38,427 nt of DNA from an uncultured Bacilli bacterium (GTDB lineage: Bacteria; Bacillota_I; Bacilli_A; RF39; UBA660): the NCBI GenBank assembly GCA_947627835.1, contig CANQXM010000001.1, positions 1-38,427 of the forward strand. Reading direction: 5' to 3'. Of the stretch, positions 18,242 through 28,004 are shown in pieces. The translations under genes were made by a program, and so were the position numbers. The notes under the pieces were generated by a model. It was not told where the DNA came from, did no database searches, and was given only the letters and a program-made list of their open reading frames with translations. How positions within the stretch are numbered: the first letter of the stretch is position 1; each line of letters begins with the position of its first letter.

Positions 18242-18889
18242 ATGACAAAGAATTTATTAATATCAAAAGTATTTTTATGGATGTCTCTAGGCCTTTTCAT
18301 AAGTTTTGTAACGGGTTTAATTGTTTCGCTCAATGAAAATATGTTACTGAGCCTGATTGATCCATTATTCTACTGGATAGTTCCTTTATCACAAATAATT
18401 CTTGTAGTAATATTAACTGCTTTCATAGAAAAAATGAAACCGATAACCGCCAAATTTTGGTTTTTACTTTACTCGTTTACAAGTGGACTTACCATTTCCT
18501 CTTTGTTTGTGATATTTAATGTATCCACAATGATTTATGCATTTCTTACCTCAGCCATTGTCTTTGCTCTTTTTGCAGCCATCGGTTCTTCTACTAAAAT
18601 GAATCTATCCAAACATGAAAGTATTCTTTCAATGGGTTTACTAGCACTGGTTATTTGCTTCATTGTAGGGTTTAGTTTTGCAAATTCAACTTTTGAACTA
18701 ATTATGAATTTTGTGACCGTAATCCTTTTCATTGGGTTTACAGCTCATGATATGCAAAAAATACTAAAGTTAAGAAATTCAAAGTTGCCAAAAGACAATC
18801 TAGCTATCTACGGCGCATTAGAATTATACTTAGATTTTGTTAACATTTTTTTAAGTATGGTTCATCTTATGGATTTAGACCAAAACTAG
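18242..18889 (+). CDS. BAX-inhibitor-1/YccA-family membrane protein
   Basis: 215 aa from the ATG at 18242. Seven hydrophobic segments. The C-terminal AIYGALELYLDFVNIF motif is typical of the Bax1-I family. Confidence 0.8.
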   Translation: MTKNLLISKVFLWMSLGLFISFVTGLIVSLNENMLLSLIDPLFYWIVPLSQIILVVILTAFIEKMKPITAKFWFLLYSFTSGLTISSLFVIFNVSTMIYAFLTSAIVFALFAAIGSSTKMNLSKHESILSMGLLALVICFIVGFSFANSTFELIMNFVTVILFIGFTAHDMQKILKLRNSKLPKDNLAIYGALELYLDFVNIFLSMVHLMDLDQN

Positions 18890-18909
18890 GAAGGAATCTT
18901 CCTTTTTTT
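18888..18909 (+). terminator. Rho-independent terminator
   Basis: Stem AGGAAG (18888-18893) / CTTCCT (18898-18903), loop GAAT, and a T7 run to 18909. Confidence 0.55.
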
Positions 18910-18958
18910 ATTTGCATACAAAAGGGAAACATTACATAAAATGAACTGAAACAAAAGG

Positions 18959-18987
18959 TTTACAAAGCAAATCATTTCTGTTATAAT
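18959..18987 (+). promoter_or_regulatory. Sigma-A type promoter for the rpsF-ssb-rpsR operon
   Basis: TTTACA (18959-18964), a 17-bp spacer, then TATAAT (18982-18987). Confidence 0.55.
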
Positions 18988-18993
18988 CTAGGA

Positions 18994-19060
18994 CGAGTAA
19001 GAAATTACTCCTTGCTTTAAACGCGATTTAAAGCCGTATAGACCATAAGGAGGTGTAGAT
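18994..19060 (+). promoter_or_regulatory. rpsF 5' leader, possible S6:S18-binding autoregulatory RNA
   Basis: A ~65-nt structured leader carries hairpins GAGTAA-GAAA-TTACTC and CTTTAAA-CGCGA-TTTAAAG upstream of RBS AAGGAGGTG. Its position corresponds to the described rpsF leader motif. Its identity was not verified. Confidence 0.35.
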
Positions 19061-19351
19061 ATGAAAAAATATGAAATCATGTTTATTGTCAAAGCTACGC
19101 AAGAAAGTGCTGATATTAAAAAGACAGCAGAAAATGCCAAGAAGATTTTAACTTCAGAAAAAGCAAAAGTCGTAGAAATGAAAGAACTTGGAGAAAAGAA
19201 ACTCGCTTATCCAATCAAGAAAGAAATCAATGGATATTATTTTGTAATGCAAGTAGAAGCAACCAAAGATACCATTATGGAATTTGATCGTAAAATTAAA
19301 CTTGATGAAAACATATTAAGACATTTAATTATTAAATGTGATGAGGAGTAA
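19061..19351 (+). CDS. rpsF: 30S ribosomal protein S6
   Basis: 96 aa, MKKYEIMFIV.......... typical of S6. Part of the rpsF-ssb-rpsR operon. Confidence 0.95.
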   Translation: MKKYEIMFIVKATQESADIKKTAENAKKILTSEKAKVVEMKELGEKKLAYPIKKEINGYYFVMQVEATKDTIMEFDRKIKLDENILRHLIIKCDEE

Positions 19352-19354
19352 GCA

Positions 19355-19831
19355 ATGAATAAAGTAATATTAATAGGAAGACTTGCTAGAGACCCAGAAA
19401 TGAGAACTACCGCAAGTGGAACCAATGTAACGCGTTTTACATTGGCAGTTTCAAGACCATTTACTGGTAATAATGGGGAACGAGGAGCCGATTTTATCAA
19501 CTGCATTGCATGGCGTCGTCAAGCAGAAAATATTGCTAAATATTGCACGAAAGGAAGTCAAGTTGCAGTAGAAGGAAGAATTCAAACTGGAAGCTATGAC
19601 GGTCAAGATGGAACCAAACGTTATACAACAGATATCGTAGCAGATAACGTTACTTTCTTAGGTTCAAGAAATGGAACTGAAAATACACAAAATGACTCTT
19701 ACGTTCAAGAAATGCCTTCATACCAAGATAATTACAATGCAGAAACTGCTCCAACTACCAACGTCGGAGAAGATCCATTTAAAGACTTCGGAGATGAAAT
19801 CGCCTTATCTGATGACGATTTACCATTTTAA
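19355..19831 (+). CDS. ssb: Single-stranded DNA-binding protein
   Basis: 158 aa. MNKVILIGRLARDPEMR OB-fold start and the acidic tail DDDLPF. Confidence 0.95.
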   Translation: MNKVILIGRLARDPEMRTTASGTNVTRFTLAVSRPFTGNNGERGADFINCIAWRRQAENIAKYCTKGSQVAVEGRIQTGSYDGQDGTKRYTTDIVADNVTFLGSRNGTENTQNDSYVQEMPSYQDNYNAETAPTTNVGEDPFKDFGDEIALSDDDLPF

Positions 19832-19848
19832 CAGAAAGGAGAAAAACT

Positions 19849-20064
19849 ATGGCTGAATTTAGAAGAAAAAAGAAAAAAATTTGCCAAATGTGTGCTGGAA
19901 AAAGTGTTGATTACAAAGATGTTATGATTATCAATAAATATATTAATGAAAAAGGAAAAATCATGCCAAGACGTATGACAGGAGCTTGTGCAAAACATCA
20001 AAGACACATTACCGAACAAATTAAATATGCTAGATTTATGGCATTAATTCCATTCGTAAAATAA
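19849..20064 (+). CDS. rpsR: 30S ribosomal protein S18
   Basis: 71 aa. VDYKDV...INEKGKIMPRRMTG.CAKHQR...IK.AR.MALIPF. Confidence 0.95.
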   Translation: MAEFRRKKKKICQMCAGKSVDYKDVMIINKYINEKGKIMPRRMTGACAKHQRHITEQIKYARFMALIPFVK

Positions 20065-20195
20065 CCTGCAAAGGTTTTTTTATTTTGCAATAAGAATAAT
20101 ACGTGGTACAATAATGCACGTGATGAAAAAGTAAAGAGAGATTTTACGAATAAAATAGTTTTTGATATAATAAGAAAGTGACAGAGGGTGGGAAA

Positions 20196-20636
20196 ATGTT
20201 AGTAATTTTACTAAAAGATGTAAAAAAACAAGGAAAAAAAGATGAAATCATTGATGTATCCGATGGCTATGCGAAAAATTATCTAATCAAAAATGGTCTT
20301 GCTGTACCAGTAACCGAAGGAAGTAAGAAAGTTTTAAACGAAGAACTCGAAACGCGTCGCAAAGAAGAAGAAAAGAAAATTCAAGAATTTACCAAAATTG
20401 CTGAAGCCTTAAAAACCAAAGAACTCATTTTTCATGTGAAAACTGGCAAAGAAGATCGCGTTTTTGGAAATATTTCATCCAAACAAATTAGTGAAGAAAT
20501 GAAACGCCTTGGTTACACAATTGATAAGAAAAATATTAAAATTGAACACCCTATTGATACACTTGGAACCCATCTAGTAAAAATAGAATTACACAAAAAA
20601 GTTGTATTTGAAATCAAAATAACCTTAAAGAAGTAG
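20196..20636 (+). CDS. rplI: 50S ribosomal protein L9
   Basis: The ATG at 20196 follows GAGGGTGGG. MLVILLKDVKKQGKKDEIIDVSDGYAKNYLI is the L9 N-terminal signature. Confidence 0.93.
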   Translation: MLVILLKDVKKQGKKDEIIDVSDGYAKNYLIKNGLAVPVTEGSKKVLNEELETRRKEEEKKIQEFTKIAEALKTKELIFHVKTGKEDRVFGNISSKQISEEMKRLGYTIDKKNIKIEHPIDTLGTHLVKIELHKKVVFEIKITLKK

Positions 20637-20644
20637 GTGAGAAA

Positions 20645-21994
20645 ATGGCTGCTAGAAAAATGCCACAAAATATAGAAGCAGAAATGAGTGTCTTAGGAGT
20701 AGCATTCTTACATGAATTTGCTATGGAAAAAATCGTCGAAGAAATCGATTCAGACATGTTTTTTAGCGAAGCCAATCGCCATATTTTTGATGCCTTAAAA
20801 AGCTTATATCAACAAAGTATTCCCATTGATCTTACAACTGTAAAAAATGAATTAGATAAACAAAAAAAACTAAATGCCGTAGGAGGAATTGAGTATTTAA
20901 CCGAAGTAATTGATTCCGTAGTAACCTCAGCAAACTTAGATTATTACATTGAAATTGTCAAAGAAAAAGCCACTCGCCGGAAATTAATTAATACAGCAAC
21001 GGATATCATTACAGAAACCTATGAAGAAGAAAAAGACTTAACCAACTTATTAGATCAAGCGGAGAAAGAAATCTTAAACGTTGTAAAAACAAGAAGTACC
21101 AGTGAATTAGTTCCCATTCATATTGCTCTAAGACAAGCTCAAGAAAACTTAGAAAACATTGCTAAAAATAAAAGTGCGATTACCGGACTTACCACCGGAT
21201 TTTATGATTTAGATAAAGCAACCGCCGGCTTACATGAAGGAGAACTAATCATTCTAGCAGCAAGACCTGGTATGGGAAAAACCGCCTTTGCCTTAAATAT
21301 TGCATGTAACGCTGCCTTTAATACCGATAAAGCGGTCGCCATATTTAATTTGGAAATGAGTGCGGAACAATTAGTAAATCGAATGATTAGTTCCGTAGGA
21401 CAAATTGAAGGGGATAAACTAAAAACCGGAATGCTAGGTCACAATGACTGGAAAAGATACAATGAAGCCTTAAGCCAATTAGCAGAAACAAATATTTATA
21501 TTGAAGATAGCGCTGGCATCACGGCTCCAGAAATCAGAGCAAAATGTAGACGATTAGCAGCCAGCGAAAAAGGTCTTGGACTCATTATCATTGATTATCT
21601 GCAACTTGTTACAACGGGAGGAAGACCAGAATCAAGACAAGTAGAAGTATCTGAGATTTCTCGTTCCTTTAAAACCATGGCAATGGAATTAAAAGTTCCC
21701 GTCATAGCTTTAGCACAGCTATCTCGTAATGCTGAACGAAGAGAATCGAATCAACCACGGCTGGCCGACTTGCGTGAATCAGGTTCCATTGAACAAGATG
21801 CCGATCTCGTTATTTTCATCAATCGTCAAGATTATTATGAAAATAAAACCGCAGATAATAAGCAAAACATTGTTCCAACCGATTTAATTATTGCCAAACA
21901 TCGTCGAGGTAGTACCGGTTTGTACCAACTACTTTTCGAACTAGATAAAAGCAGTTTTAAAAATTATTTAAAAACAGAAGAGGAAGGGTTCTAG
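20645..21994 (+). CDS. dnaB: Replicative DNA helicase (DnaB family; DnaC in Bacillus nomenclature)
   Basis: 449 aa. PQNIEAEMSVLG, Walker A ARPGMGKTAF, IIIDYLQL, and SR..E.R....P.L.DLRESG.IEQDAD. Confidence 0.95.
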   Translation: MAARKMPQNIEAEMSVLGVAFLHEFAMEKIVEEIDSDMFFSEANRHIFDALKSLYQQSIPIDLTTVKNELDKQKKLNAVGGIEYLTEVIDSVVTSANLDYYIEIVKEKATRRKLINTATDIITETYEEEKDLTNLLDQAEKEILNVVKTRSTSELVPIHIALRQAQENLENIAKNKSAITGLTTGFYDLDKATAGLHEGELIILAARPGMGKTAFALNIACNAAFNTDKAVAIFNLEMSAEQLVNRMISSVGQIEGDKLKTGMLGHNDWKRYNEALSQLAETNIYIEDSAGITAPEIRAKCRRLAASEKGLGLIIIDYLQLVTTGGRPESRQVEVSEISRSFKTMAMELKVPVIALAQLSRNAERRESNQPRLADLRESGSIEQDADLVIFINRQDYYENKTADNKQNIVPTDLIIAKHRRGSTGLYQLLFELDKSSFKNYLKTEEEGF

Positions 21995-21997
21995 TAA

Positions 21998-23524
21998 ATG
22001 AATACAAAGCAAAAAATCATCACCTTAGGAATTACCATTTTAACCATGATCGCCATGATTGTTGTAGGATTTCAAAGTCATTTAAAAGATACATCAAAAG
22101 AAGTTTACCAAGTATATTTAGACGGTCAAAGTTTAGGGCTCATTGAAGACCAAGATGAATTACTAAACATGATTAATGAAGAGCAAACCGATATCAAAAA
22201 CTATTATCATGTGGATGGCGTTTATCCACCAAATGGATTTGAAATCGTGAAGTATAAAACCTATGATGATGATATTACGAGCGCTAGCAATATCTATAAC
22301 ATCGTAAAAGAAAAAGGTGACTTTACCATCAAAGGATATACCATTACCATTACAACTAAGAAAACAGAAGAAGAGGAAGAAAAACAAACCCATATTTATG
22401 TCCTTGATCAAAACGTTTTTAAAGAAGCGCTAGAAACATTAATCACCGTCTTTGTAGATGAAGAAGATTACCAAAATTACATCAATAACACCCAAGAAGA
22501 AATTACAACAGTAGGAACCTTAATTGAACACATGTATTTTGAAGAAACCATCACCATTCGTGAATCAAACATTAGCGTCAATGAAAAAATATATACGGAT
22601 CCAAATGAACTTGGAAAATACTTATTATTTGGAAAAACCGAAACCAGTAATAACTATACAGTAAAAAAAGGCGATACCATTCAAAGTATCGCTGAAGAAA
22701 ACAAATTAAATGCCCGCGAATTTCTTCTTGCCAATCCACAATTCAAAAGAGAAGATAGCTTGCTAGCAATCGGCGAAGAAGTATCCGTTGATTTGATTAA
22801 TCCTGTTTTAACACTAGTACAAGAATTACACGTTGTAGAGGATACCGAACAAATCTATGAAAAGAAAGAAGAAGTAGACAATAGCAAACCATCTAGTTAT
22901 AGTGAAGTCACGCAAGCTGGAGTAACGGGAATTGTTAGAACAACTCAAGAAGTAAAAACAACAAATGGTGAAAGAAACCAAGGAGCCATTGTAATTAGCT
23001 CTGTAACCATTCGTGATGTTGTAGATGAAATTACAACAGTAGGAAAGAAATATAAACCGCAATCACCATCCGGTCATTATGAAGATAATGGAAAAGAATT
23101 TGGATGGCCGACCAATCGTCCATATGTAATTACAACCAATTATGAATGGCGCTGGGGATCTTTCCACTATGGACTAGATATTTCGGGAACAGGCTTTGGC
23201 TCACCAATTTACGCATCAAAAGCAGGAACTGTCGTAGATGTAAACACTAGTTGTGCCAACATTGGTTATTATGGTTCACGTTGTGGAGCTGGATATGGAA
23301 ACTATGTAATCATTCGTCATGATAATAACATCTACACACTTTACGGTCATATGACCCAAGACATCTATGTATCAGTAGGACAAACGGTAAGCCGCGGTCA
23401 AACGATTGGAACAATGGGAAGTAGTGGTTCATCCGATGGTACACACGTTCACTTTAGTGCATCTTATGGCCTTCCAAATGCAGCAGGATTCAGTTGGTTC
23501 AGTCCATGGAGTTTGTTCCAATGA
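21998..23524 (+). CDS. Membrane-anchored M23 peptidoglycan endopeptidase with LysM and G5-like domains
   Basis: 508 aa with an N-terminal TM segment. LysM: YTVKKGDTIQSIAEENKLNAREFLLANP. G5-like: ...VTQAGVTGIVRTTQEVKTTNGE.... M23: HYGLDISG..G.PIYA...G.V ... YGNYVIIRH.NNIYTLYGHM ... GSSGSSDGTHVHF. Confidence 0.85.
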   Translation: MNTKQKIITLGITILTMIAMIVVGFQSHLKDTSKEVYQVYLDGQSLGLIEDQDELLNMINEEQTDIKNYYHVDGVYPPNGFEIVKYKTYDDDITSASNIYNIVKEKGDFTIKGYTITITTKKTEEEEEKQTHIYVLDQNVFKEALETLITVFVDEEDYQNYINNTQEEITTVGTLIEHMYFEETITIRESNISVNEKIYTDPNELGKYLLFGKTETSNNYTVKKGDTIQSIAEENKLNAREFLLANPQFKREDSLLAIGEEVSVDLINPVLTLVQELHVVEDTEQIYEKKEEVDNSKPSSYSEVTQAGVTGIVRTTQEVKTTNGERNQGAIVISSVTIRDVVDEITTVGKKYKPQSPSGHYEDNGKEFGWPTNRPYVITTNYEWRWGSFHYGLDISGTGFGSPIYASKAGTVVDVNTSCANIGYYGSRCGAGYGNYVIIRHDNNIYTLYGHMTQDIYVSVGQTVSRGQTIGTMGSSGSSDGTHVHFSASYGLPNAAGFSWFSPWSLFQ

Positions 23525-24285
23525 AAGCCTGTGTCTTAGCAAGCGGTTCAGAAGGAAACTCTACATTTCTTTCTACAGAAACCCATAAAATATTGATTGA
23601 TATCGGCAAAAATGTAAAATACATCACCGATAAATTAAAAGAAATTGATGAAAAACCAGAAGACATTGAAGCCATTATTATTAGCCATACTCATAATGAT
23701 CACGTCGCAGCTTTAGATCGTTTTGCTAAAAAATATCATCCCAAAATCTACATGACCCAAAAAATGTTTTATGATTTACCAAGTCTAGAAAACTATGATA
23801 ACATTATAATTTATGAAGATGATATCTACATTGATGATTTAAAAATTACCAGTATTAAGACATCTCATGACGTAAGTGATTCTAGAAACTTTATTATTGA
23901 AAACAAAAATACTTCTTTGGTTTATCTAACCGATACGGGCTATGTAAATCGTAAATACTTCGATGTCTTAAAAAATAGAACTTATTACTTATTTGAAAGT
24001 AATCACGATATTCCCATGTTAATGAATGGACCTTATCCAAAATGGCTCAAAACAAGAGTATTAGGAACTACCGGACATCTATCCAATAAAGACGCTAGCT
24101 TTTACCTAACAAAATTAGTAGGAGAAAACACCAAAAAGATTATCTTAATGCACCTTTCTCATAAAAATAATACCGAAGAAAAAGCCCTAGAAATGATTCA
24201 TGAAACCTTCAAAGAATACAACATTGCTTTTGATGATATTACCTGTGCCAAACAAAATGAAATAACCAAGGTGGCCAATGATTAA
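23521..24285 (+). CDS. MBL-fold metallo-hydrolase, YycJ/WalJ-like
   Basis: The ATG at 23521 overlaps the upstream stop (ATGA). MKACVLASGSEGNSTFL....HKILIDIG... SHTHNDHV resembles YycJ. It is followed by rlmH, as in Bacillus (yycJ ... yydA). Confidence 0.78.
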   Translation: MKACVLASGSEGNSTFLSTETHKILIDIGKNVKYITDKLKEIDEKPEDIEAIIISHTHNDHVAALDRFAKKYHPKIYMTQKMFYDLPSLENYDNIIIYEDDIYIDDLKITSIKTSHDVSDSRNFIIENKNTSLVYLTDTGYVNRKYFDVLKNRTYYLFESNHDIPMLMNGPYPKWLKTRVLGTTGHLSNKDASFYLTKLVGENTKKIILMHLSHKNNTEEKALEMIHETFKEYNIAFDDITCAKQNEITKVAND

Positions 24286-24715
24286 AATTATCTGTGTTGG
24301 GAAAATCAAAGAACCCTATTTAAAAGAACTCATTGAAGATTATCAAAAACGCATCGAAAAATATCACAAAATCAAAATTATTGAAGTAAAAGATGATCCA
24401 ATAGAAAAACAAGAGAAAGAAAGCTTGTTAAAAGTAATCGATCAAAACGACTACCTGATTACATTAGAAATTACCGGCAAGACCTACACCAGTCCCGCCT
24501 TTGCCACACACTTAGATCAGCTATTCATAACCCATAGCACCATCACCTTTATTATTGGTGGCTCAAATGGTTTAGCAAAAGAAATTAGAGATTTAAAAAA
24601 TGAAGATATTTCATTTTCAAACTTTACCTTTCCACATGGATTATTTCGTGGAATCTTATTAGAACAAATCTATCGCGCATTTAAAATTATCAATCATGAA
24701 AATTACCATAAGTAA
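24278..24715 (+). CDS. rlmH: 23S rRNA (pseudouridine1915-N3)-methyltransferase RlmH
   Basis: 145 aa. MIKIICVGKIKEPYLKELIEDYQKRI and the C-terminal SPOUT knot FIIGGSNGL...S.S..TFPH.L.R..L.EQIYRA. Confidence 0.9.
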   Translation: MIKIICVGKIKEPYLKELIEDYQKRIEKYHKIKIIEVKDDPIEKQEKESLLKVIDQNDYLITLEITGKTYTSPAFATHLDQLFITHSTITFIIGGSNGLAKEIRDLKNEDISFSNFTFPHGLFRGILLEQIYRAFKIINHENYHK

Positions 24716-24727
24716 GGAGGTACCAAA

Positions 24728-25405
24728 ATGATTGGAAATGATTGGGATGAAAAACTAAATATTATTTGGGAAAGCAAAGGCTTTCAGAAATTCTGGCAAA
24801 TTGTCGAACAAGAATATCAAACCAAAACGATTTTTCCACCGAAAAATTATATTTTCAATGCCTTAAAATTAACTCCTTATAAAGATGTAAAAGTGGTAAT
24901 TGTCGGACAAGATCCTTATCATGGTGAAAAAGAAGCACATGGTTTGTCCTTTTCGGTTCAAGAAGGAATTAAAGTACCCCCTTCTTTACAAAACATATAT
25001 AAAGAACTAGAAAGCGACTTAAACATACCAAGAAGAAATAGTGGAGATTTAACCGGATGGGCAAAACAAGGAGTTCTCCTTTTAAACGCCGTTTTAACCG
25101 TTGTTAAAGATACACCGGCTTCTCACCGGAATTTAGGTTGGGAGCGTCTTACTGATTACATCATCAAACTTCTAAATGAAAAAGAAGAACCCATCGTCTT
25201 CATCTTATGGGGAAACTTTGCCAAAGCCAAAAAGTCCCTGATTACCAATCCCAAACATCTCATCATCACGAGCGCTCATCCTAGTCCATTTTCAGCAAAC
25301 TATGGTTTTTTTGGTAGTAAACCTTTTTCGAAAACCAATGAATTTCTAGTGCAAAATCATCAAACACCTATTGATTGGGATTTAAACAAACAAGACCAAA
25401 AATAA
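24728..25405 (+). CDS. ung: Uracil-DNA glycosylase (family 1)
   Basis: 225 aa with RBS AAGGAGG. GQDPYHG, GVLLLN, and HPSPFSA (the HPSPLSA motif). Confidence 0.95.
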   Translation: MIGNDWDEKLNIIWESKGFQKFWQIVEQEYQTKTIFPPKNYIFNALKLTPYKDVKVVIVGQDPYHGEKEAHGLSFSVQEGIKVPPSLQNIYKELESDLNIPRRNSGDLTGWAKQGVLLLNAVLTVVKDTPASHRNLGWERLTDYIIKLLNEKEEPIVFILWGNFAKAKKSLITNPKHLIITSAHPSPFSANYGFFGSKPFSKTNEFLVQNHQTPIDWDLNKQDQK

Positions 25406-25425
25406 AAAGCCACACGGCTTTTTTT
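25404..25425. terminator. Bidirectional Rho-independent terminator between ung and the lemA-like gene
   Basis: Stem AAAAAGCC (25404-25411) / GGCTTTTT (25416-25423), loop ACAC. A-run and T-run flanks allow function on both strands. Confidence 0.7.
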
Positions 25426-25969
25426 ATAACTTAAAATCGAGAATATCATCATCTTGCATATCCTTCTTATCAAAAAAAGGTAATATCTTAAAATGATGAA
25501 TCTTGCTAATTAAATTAGATGGAAACTTGCGAATTAAATCATTTAAAACGGAAGTATACCGATTATAATAAGCAATCGAAGCGGTCATTTTTTCATCCGT
25601 ATTTTTAATTTCACTAATAATTTCTTTGACTTCGGCATTCTTTTGTAACTCCGGATAATCATTTCGTAAATTATAAATAATTCCAATTGCTTCTTTTAAC
25701 TTTCGGTCCATATCAAAATTACTAATAGCTTCATTTTTTAAATTCACATATTCTTTAAAATAATCTTTCTTTTCTTTTAAATTTGATTTTGCAAGATTAC
25801 TCATTCGAACAATGATATCATACCGTTTGCGTAAAGTTTCATCAATAATTCCTTCTGCTTGTTCAATCCGGTTTTTAGCATCTTGCAAGCGATTATAATA
25901 AATTACATAAATCATACCCAGTATAGAACCCAGAAAAAGAAGAATTAAAAATGCATAAAAAAGTTGCAT
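25424..25969 (-). CDS. LemA-family protein
   Basis: 181 aa with an N-terminal TM segment. YNRLQDAKNRIEQA...ID..L.KRYD.I ... YYNRYTSVLNDLIRKFPSNLI fits LemA. Confidence 0.85.
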   Translation of the reverse strand: MQLFYAFLILLFLGSILGMIYVIYYNRLQDAKNRIEQAEGIIDETLRKRYDIIVRMSNLAKSNLKEKKDYFKEYVNLKNEAISNFDMDRKLKEAIGIIYNLRNDYPELQKNAEVKEIISEIKNTDEKMTASIAYYNRYTSVLNDLIRKFPSNLISKIHHFKILPFFDKKDMQDDDILDFKL

Positions 25970-26042
25970 GAAATCACATCCTTACTGTAAACCATTGTAT
26001 CATAAAAAGTGAAATATGATAAGATAATAAAAGGTGATACCC

Positions 26043-26540
26043 ATGAAAATAGAAACTTGTAAAGTAGGATACTTAAAAACTAATTGCTACATTGTAACCA
26101 AAAATAATCAAACCATTATTATTGATCCCGGTGCTGAACCAGATAAAATCATCAAACATTGTGAAGGAAAAAACGTAGTAGGTATTTTAGTAACCCATCA
26201 TCATTTTGATCACATTGGAGCACTTCCTGAACTAGAAAGTAGATATCAAGTAAAACACAATACACCCATCAAAGGCTTTTCTTACAAAACGATTCAGACA
26301 CCCGGGCATTTAGATGACTCGCTAAGTTTTTACTTTCCAGAAGAAAACATTTTATTTTCAGGAGATTTCATTTTCTATCATACCATTGGACGTTGTGACT
26401 TACCTGGAAGCGACTACAAAAAAATGCAAGAAAGCATTCAAAAAATGATCCATTATCCAAAAGACATGAAAATTTATCCCGGTCATGGCAAAGAAACAAA
26501 CTTAAAAGAAGAACTCCCTTATTTAAAAGAATACATTTAG
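26043..26540 (+). CDS. MBL-fold metallo-hydrolase (hydroxyacylglutathione hydrolase-like)
   Basis: The ATG at 26043 follows AAAGGTGA. NCYIV...IIIDPG, THHHFDHIG, TPGH, GDFIF and PGHG motifs are present. Confidence 0.8.
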   Translation: MKIETCKVGYLKTNCYIVTKNNQTIIIDPGAEPDKIIKHCEGKNVVGILVTHHHFDHIGALPELESRYQVKHNTPIKGFSYKTIQTPGHLDDSLSFYFPEENILFSGDFIFYHTIGRCDLPGSDYKKMQESIQKMIHYPKDMKIYPGHGKETNLKEELPYLKEYI

Positions 26541-26603
26541 AAAGAAATGCTTTCATAAAACGCACGTTTTTGATAGAATAATAGTGTTTTAGGGATGATA
26601 AAT

Positions 26604-28004
26604 ATGTATGATGTAATAATTATTGGAGCTGGTCCAGCCGGATTATTTGCTGCTTATGAATTAATAGAAAAAAAGAAAGACTTAAAAATACTATTATTAG
26701 AAAAAGGAAGGTTTGCTAATCAAAGAGTATGTCCGATGACTAAGACAGGGCATTGTGCAAATTGTAATCCTTGTGCGATTCTTTCCGGCTTTGGTGGAGC
26801 AGGAACTTTTTCCGATGGAAAATTAAACTTTATTCCCAAATTAGGAAAATCAGATTTATTTAAATATATGGACCAAAGTGCTGCTTATAAACTCATCGAT
26901 GATACCGAAGAAATCTTTAATCGCTTTCATATGGATTCACAAGTATATCCAACGAACATGGAAGAAGCAAATGAATTAAAAGAAAAAATTGCTCGTGTAG
27001 GTGCTAGTTTACTAATTATTAAACAAAAACATCTTGGAAGTGATCACTTGCCAAAATATATTAAGGATATTACAGATTACTTAAAAGAAAAAAAGGTAGA
27101 ACTATTAGATAGCGCAAATGTAATCGATATTAATGAAAAGAACAATACCTATGAAGTTACGTATCAAACCAAAGAGAAAACCATTACCAAAACTGGAAAA
27201 TACGTCATCGTTGCTCCAGGAAGAACCGGTGCCAAATGGATAGAAGAACTGGCAAACAAATACCAAATCCCCTATACATCACAAAGTATTGAAATTGGAG
27301 TTCGCATTGAAGTTAGAAAAGAGATCCTTGCACCCATCACCAATGTAATTTATGATCCGACCATCTTTATTAAAACCGATACCTATGGCGATGAAATTCG
27401 TACCTTTTGTACCAATCCAGGTGGCTTTGTAGCAAAAGAAAACTATAACGGTTATATCTGTGTAAACGGTCATGCCTTAAAAGATATAAAATCAAATAAT
27501 TCCAATTTTGCCTTTATTTCTAAAGTAAGCTTAACGGAACCCGTAACCAACACCCGTGCATATGGAGAATCCATTGCCAAAATAGCCAATACATTGGGAG
27601 CTGGAAAGCCAATTATTCAAACCCTTCATGACTTGCGAGCAGGAAGAAGAAGTACCATGCAACGAATTCAAAAAGGCTTTATAGAACCAACCCTAAAAGA
27701 TGTAGTAGCAGGAGACCTAGCCTTAGTTTTACCACATCGTATTATCAAAAATATCATAGAAGGATTAGATACATTAGACAAAATTATCCCTGGAGTAAGT
27801 AATGGAGAAACCTTATTATATGGTCCTGAAATTAAATTTTTTAGTAATGAAATTGAAACCGATAATCATATGAAGCTATCCAATCATAACATTTACTTTA
27901 TTGGGGATGGTTCTGGAAAAGCAGGAAATATTGTCACTGCAGCTGCAACCGGGCTCATTGCAGCAAGGGATATCCTAGAAAACCAAAAAGAAAAGGGTTG
28001 CTAA
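26604..28004 (+). CDS. NAD(P)/FAD-dependent oxidoreductase (COG2509-type FAD-dependent protein)
   Basis: MYDVIIIGAGPAGLFAAYEL is a dinucleotide-binding fold. The C-terminal GDGSGKAGNIVTAAATG motif and the ~466-aa size are typical of this family. Confidence 0.75.
   Translation: MYDVIIIGAGPAGLFAAYELIEKKKDLKILLLEKGRFANQRVCPMTKTGHCANCNPCAILSGFGGAGTFSDGKLNFIPKLGKSDLFKYMDQSAAYKLIDDTEEIFNRFHMDSQVYPTNMEEANELKEKIARVGASLLIIKQKHLGSDHLPKYIKDITDYLKEKKVELLDSANVIDINEKNNTYEVTYQTKEKTITKTGKYVIVAPGRTGAKWIEELANKYQIPYTSQSIEIGVRIEVRKEILAPITNVIYDPTIFIKTDTYGDEIRTFCTNPGGFVAKENYNGYICVNGHALKDIKSNNSNFAFISKVSLTEPVTNTRAYGESIAKIANTLGAGKPIIQTLHDLRAGRRSTMQRIQKGFIEPTLKDVVAGDLALVLPHRIIKNIIEGLDTLDKIIPGVSNGETLLYGPEIKFFSNEIETDNHMKLSNHNIYFIGDGSGKAGNIVTAAATGLIAARDILENQKEKGC

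Noticed and set aside
20117-20122. A CACGTG core between rpsR and rplI, considered as a parS half-site
   Set aside because: The flanks (ATGCACGTGATG) do not match TGTTNCACGTGAAACA. I found no convincing parS anywhere by eye.
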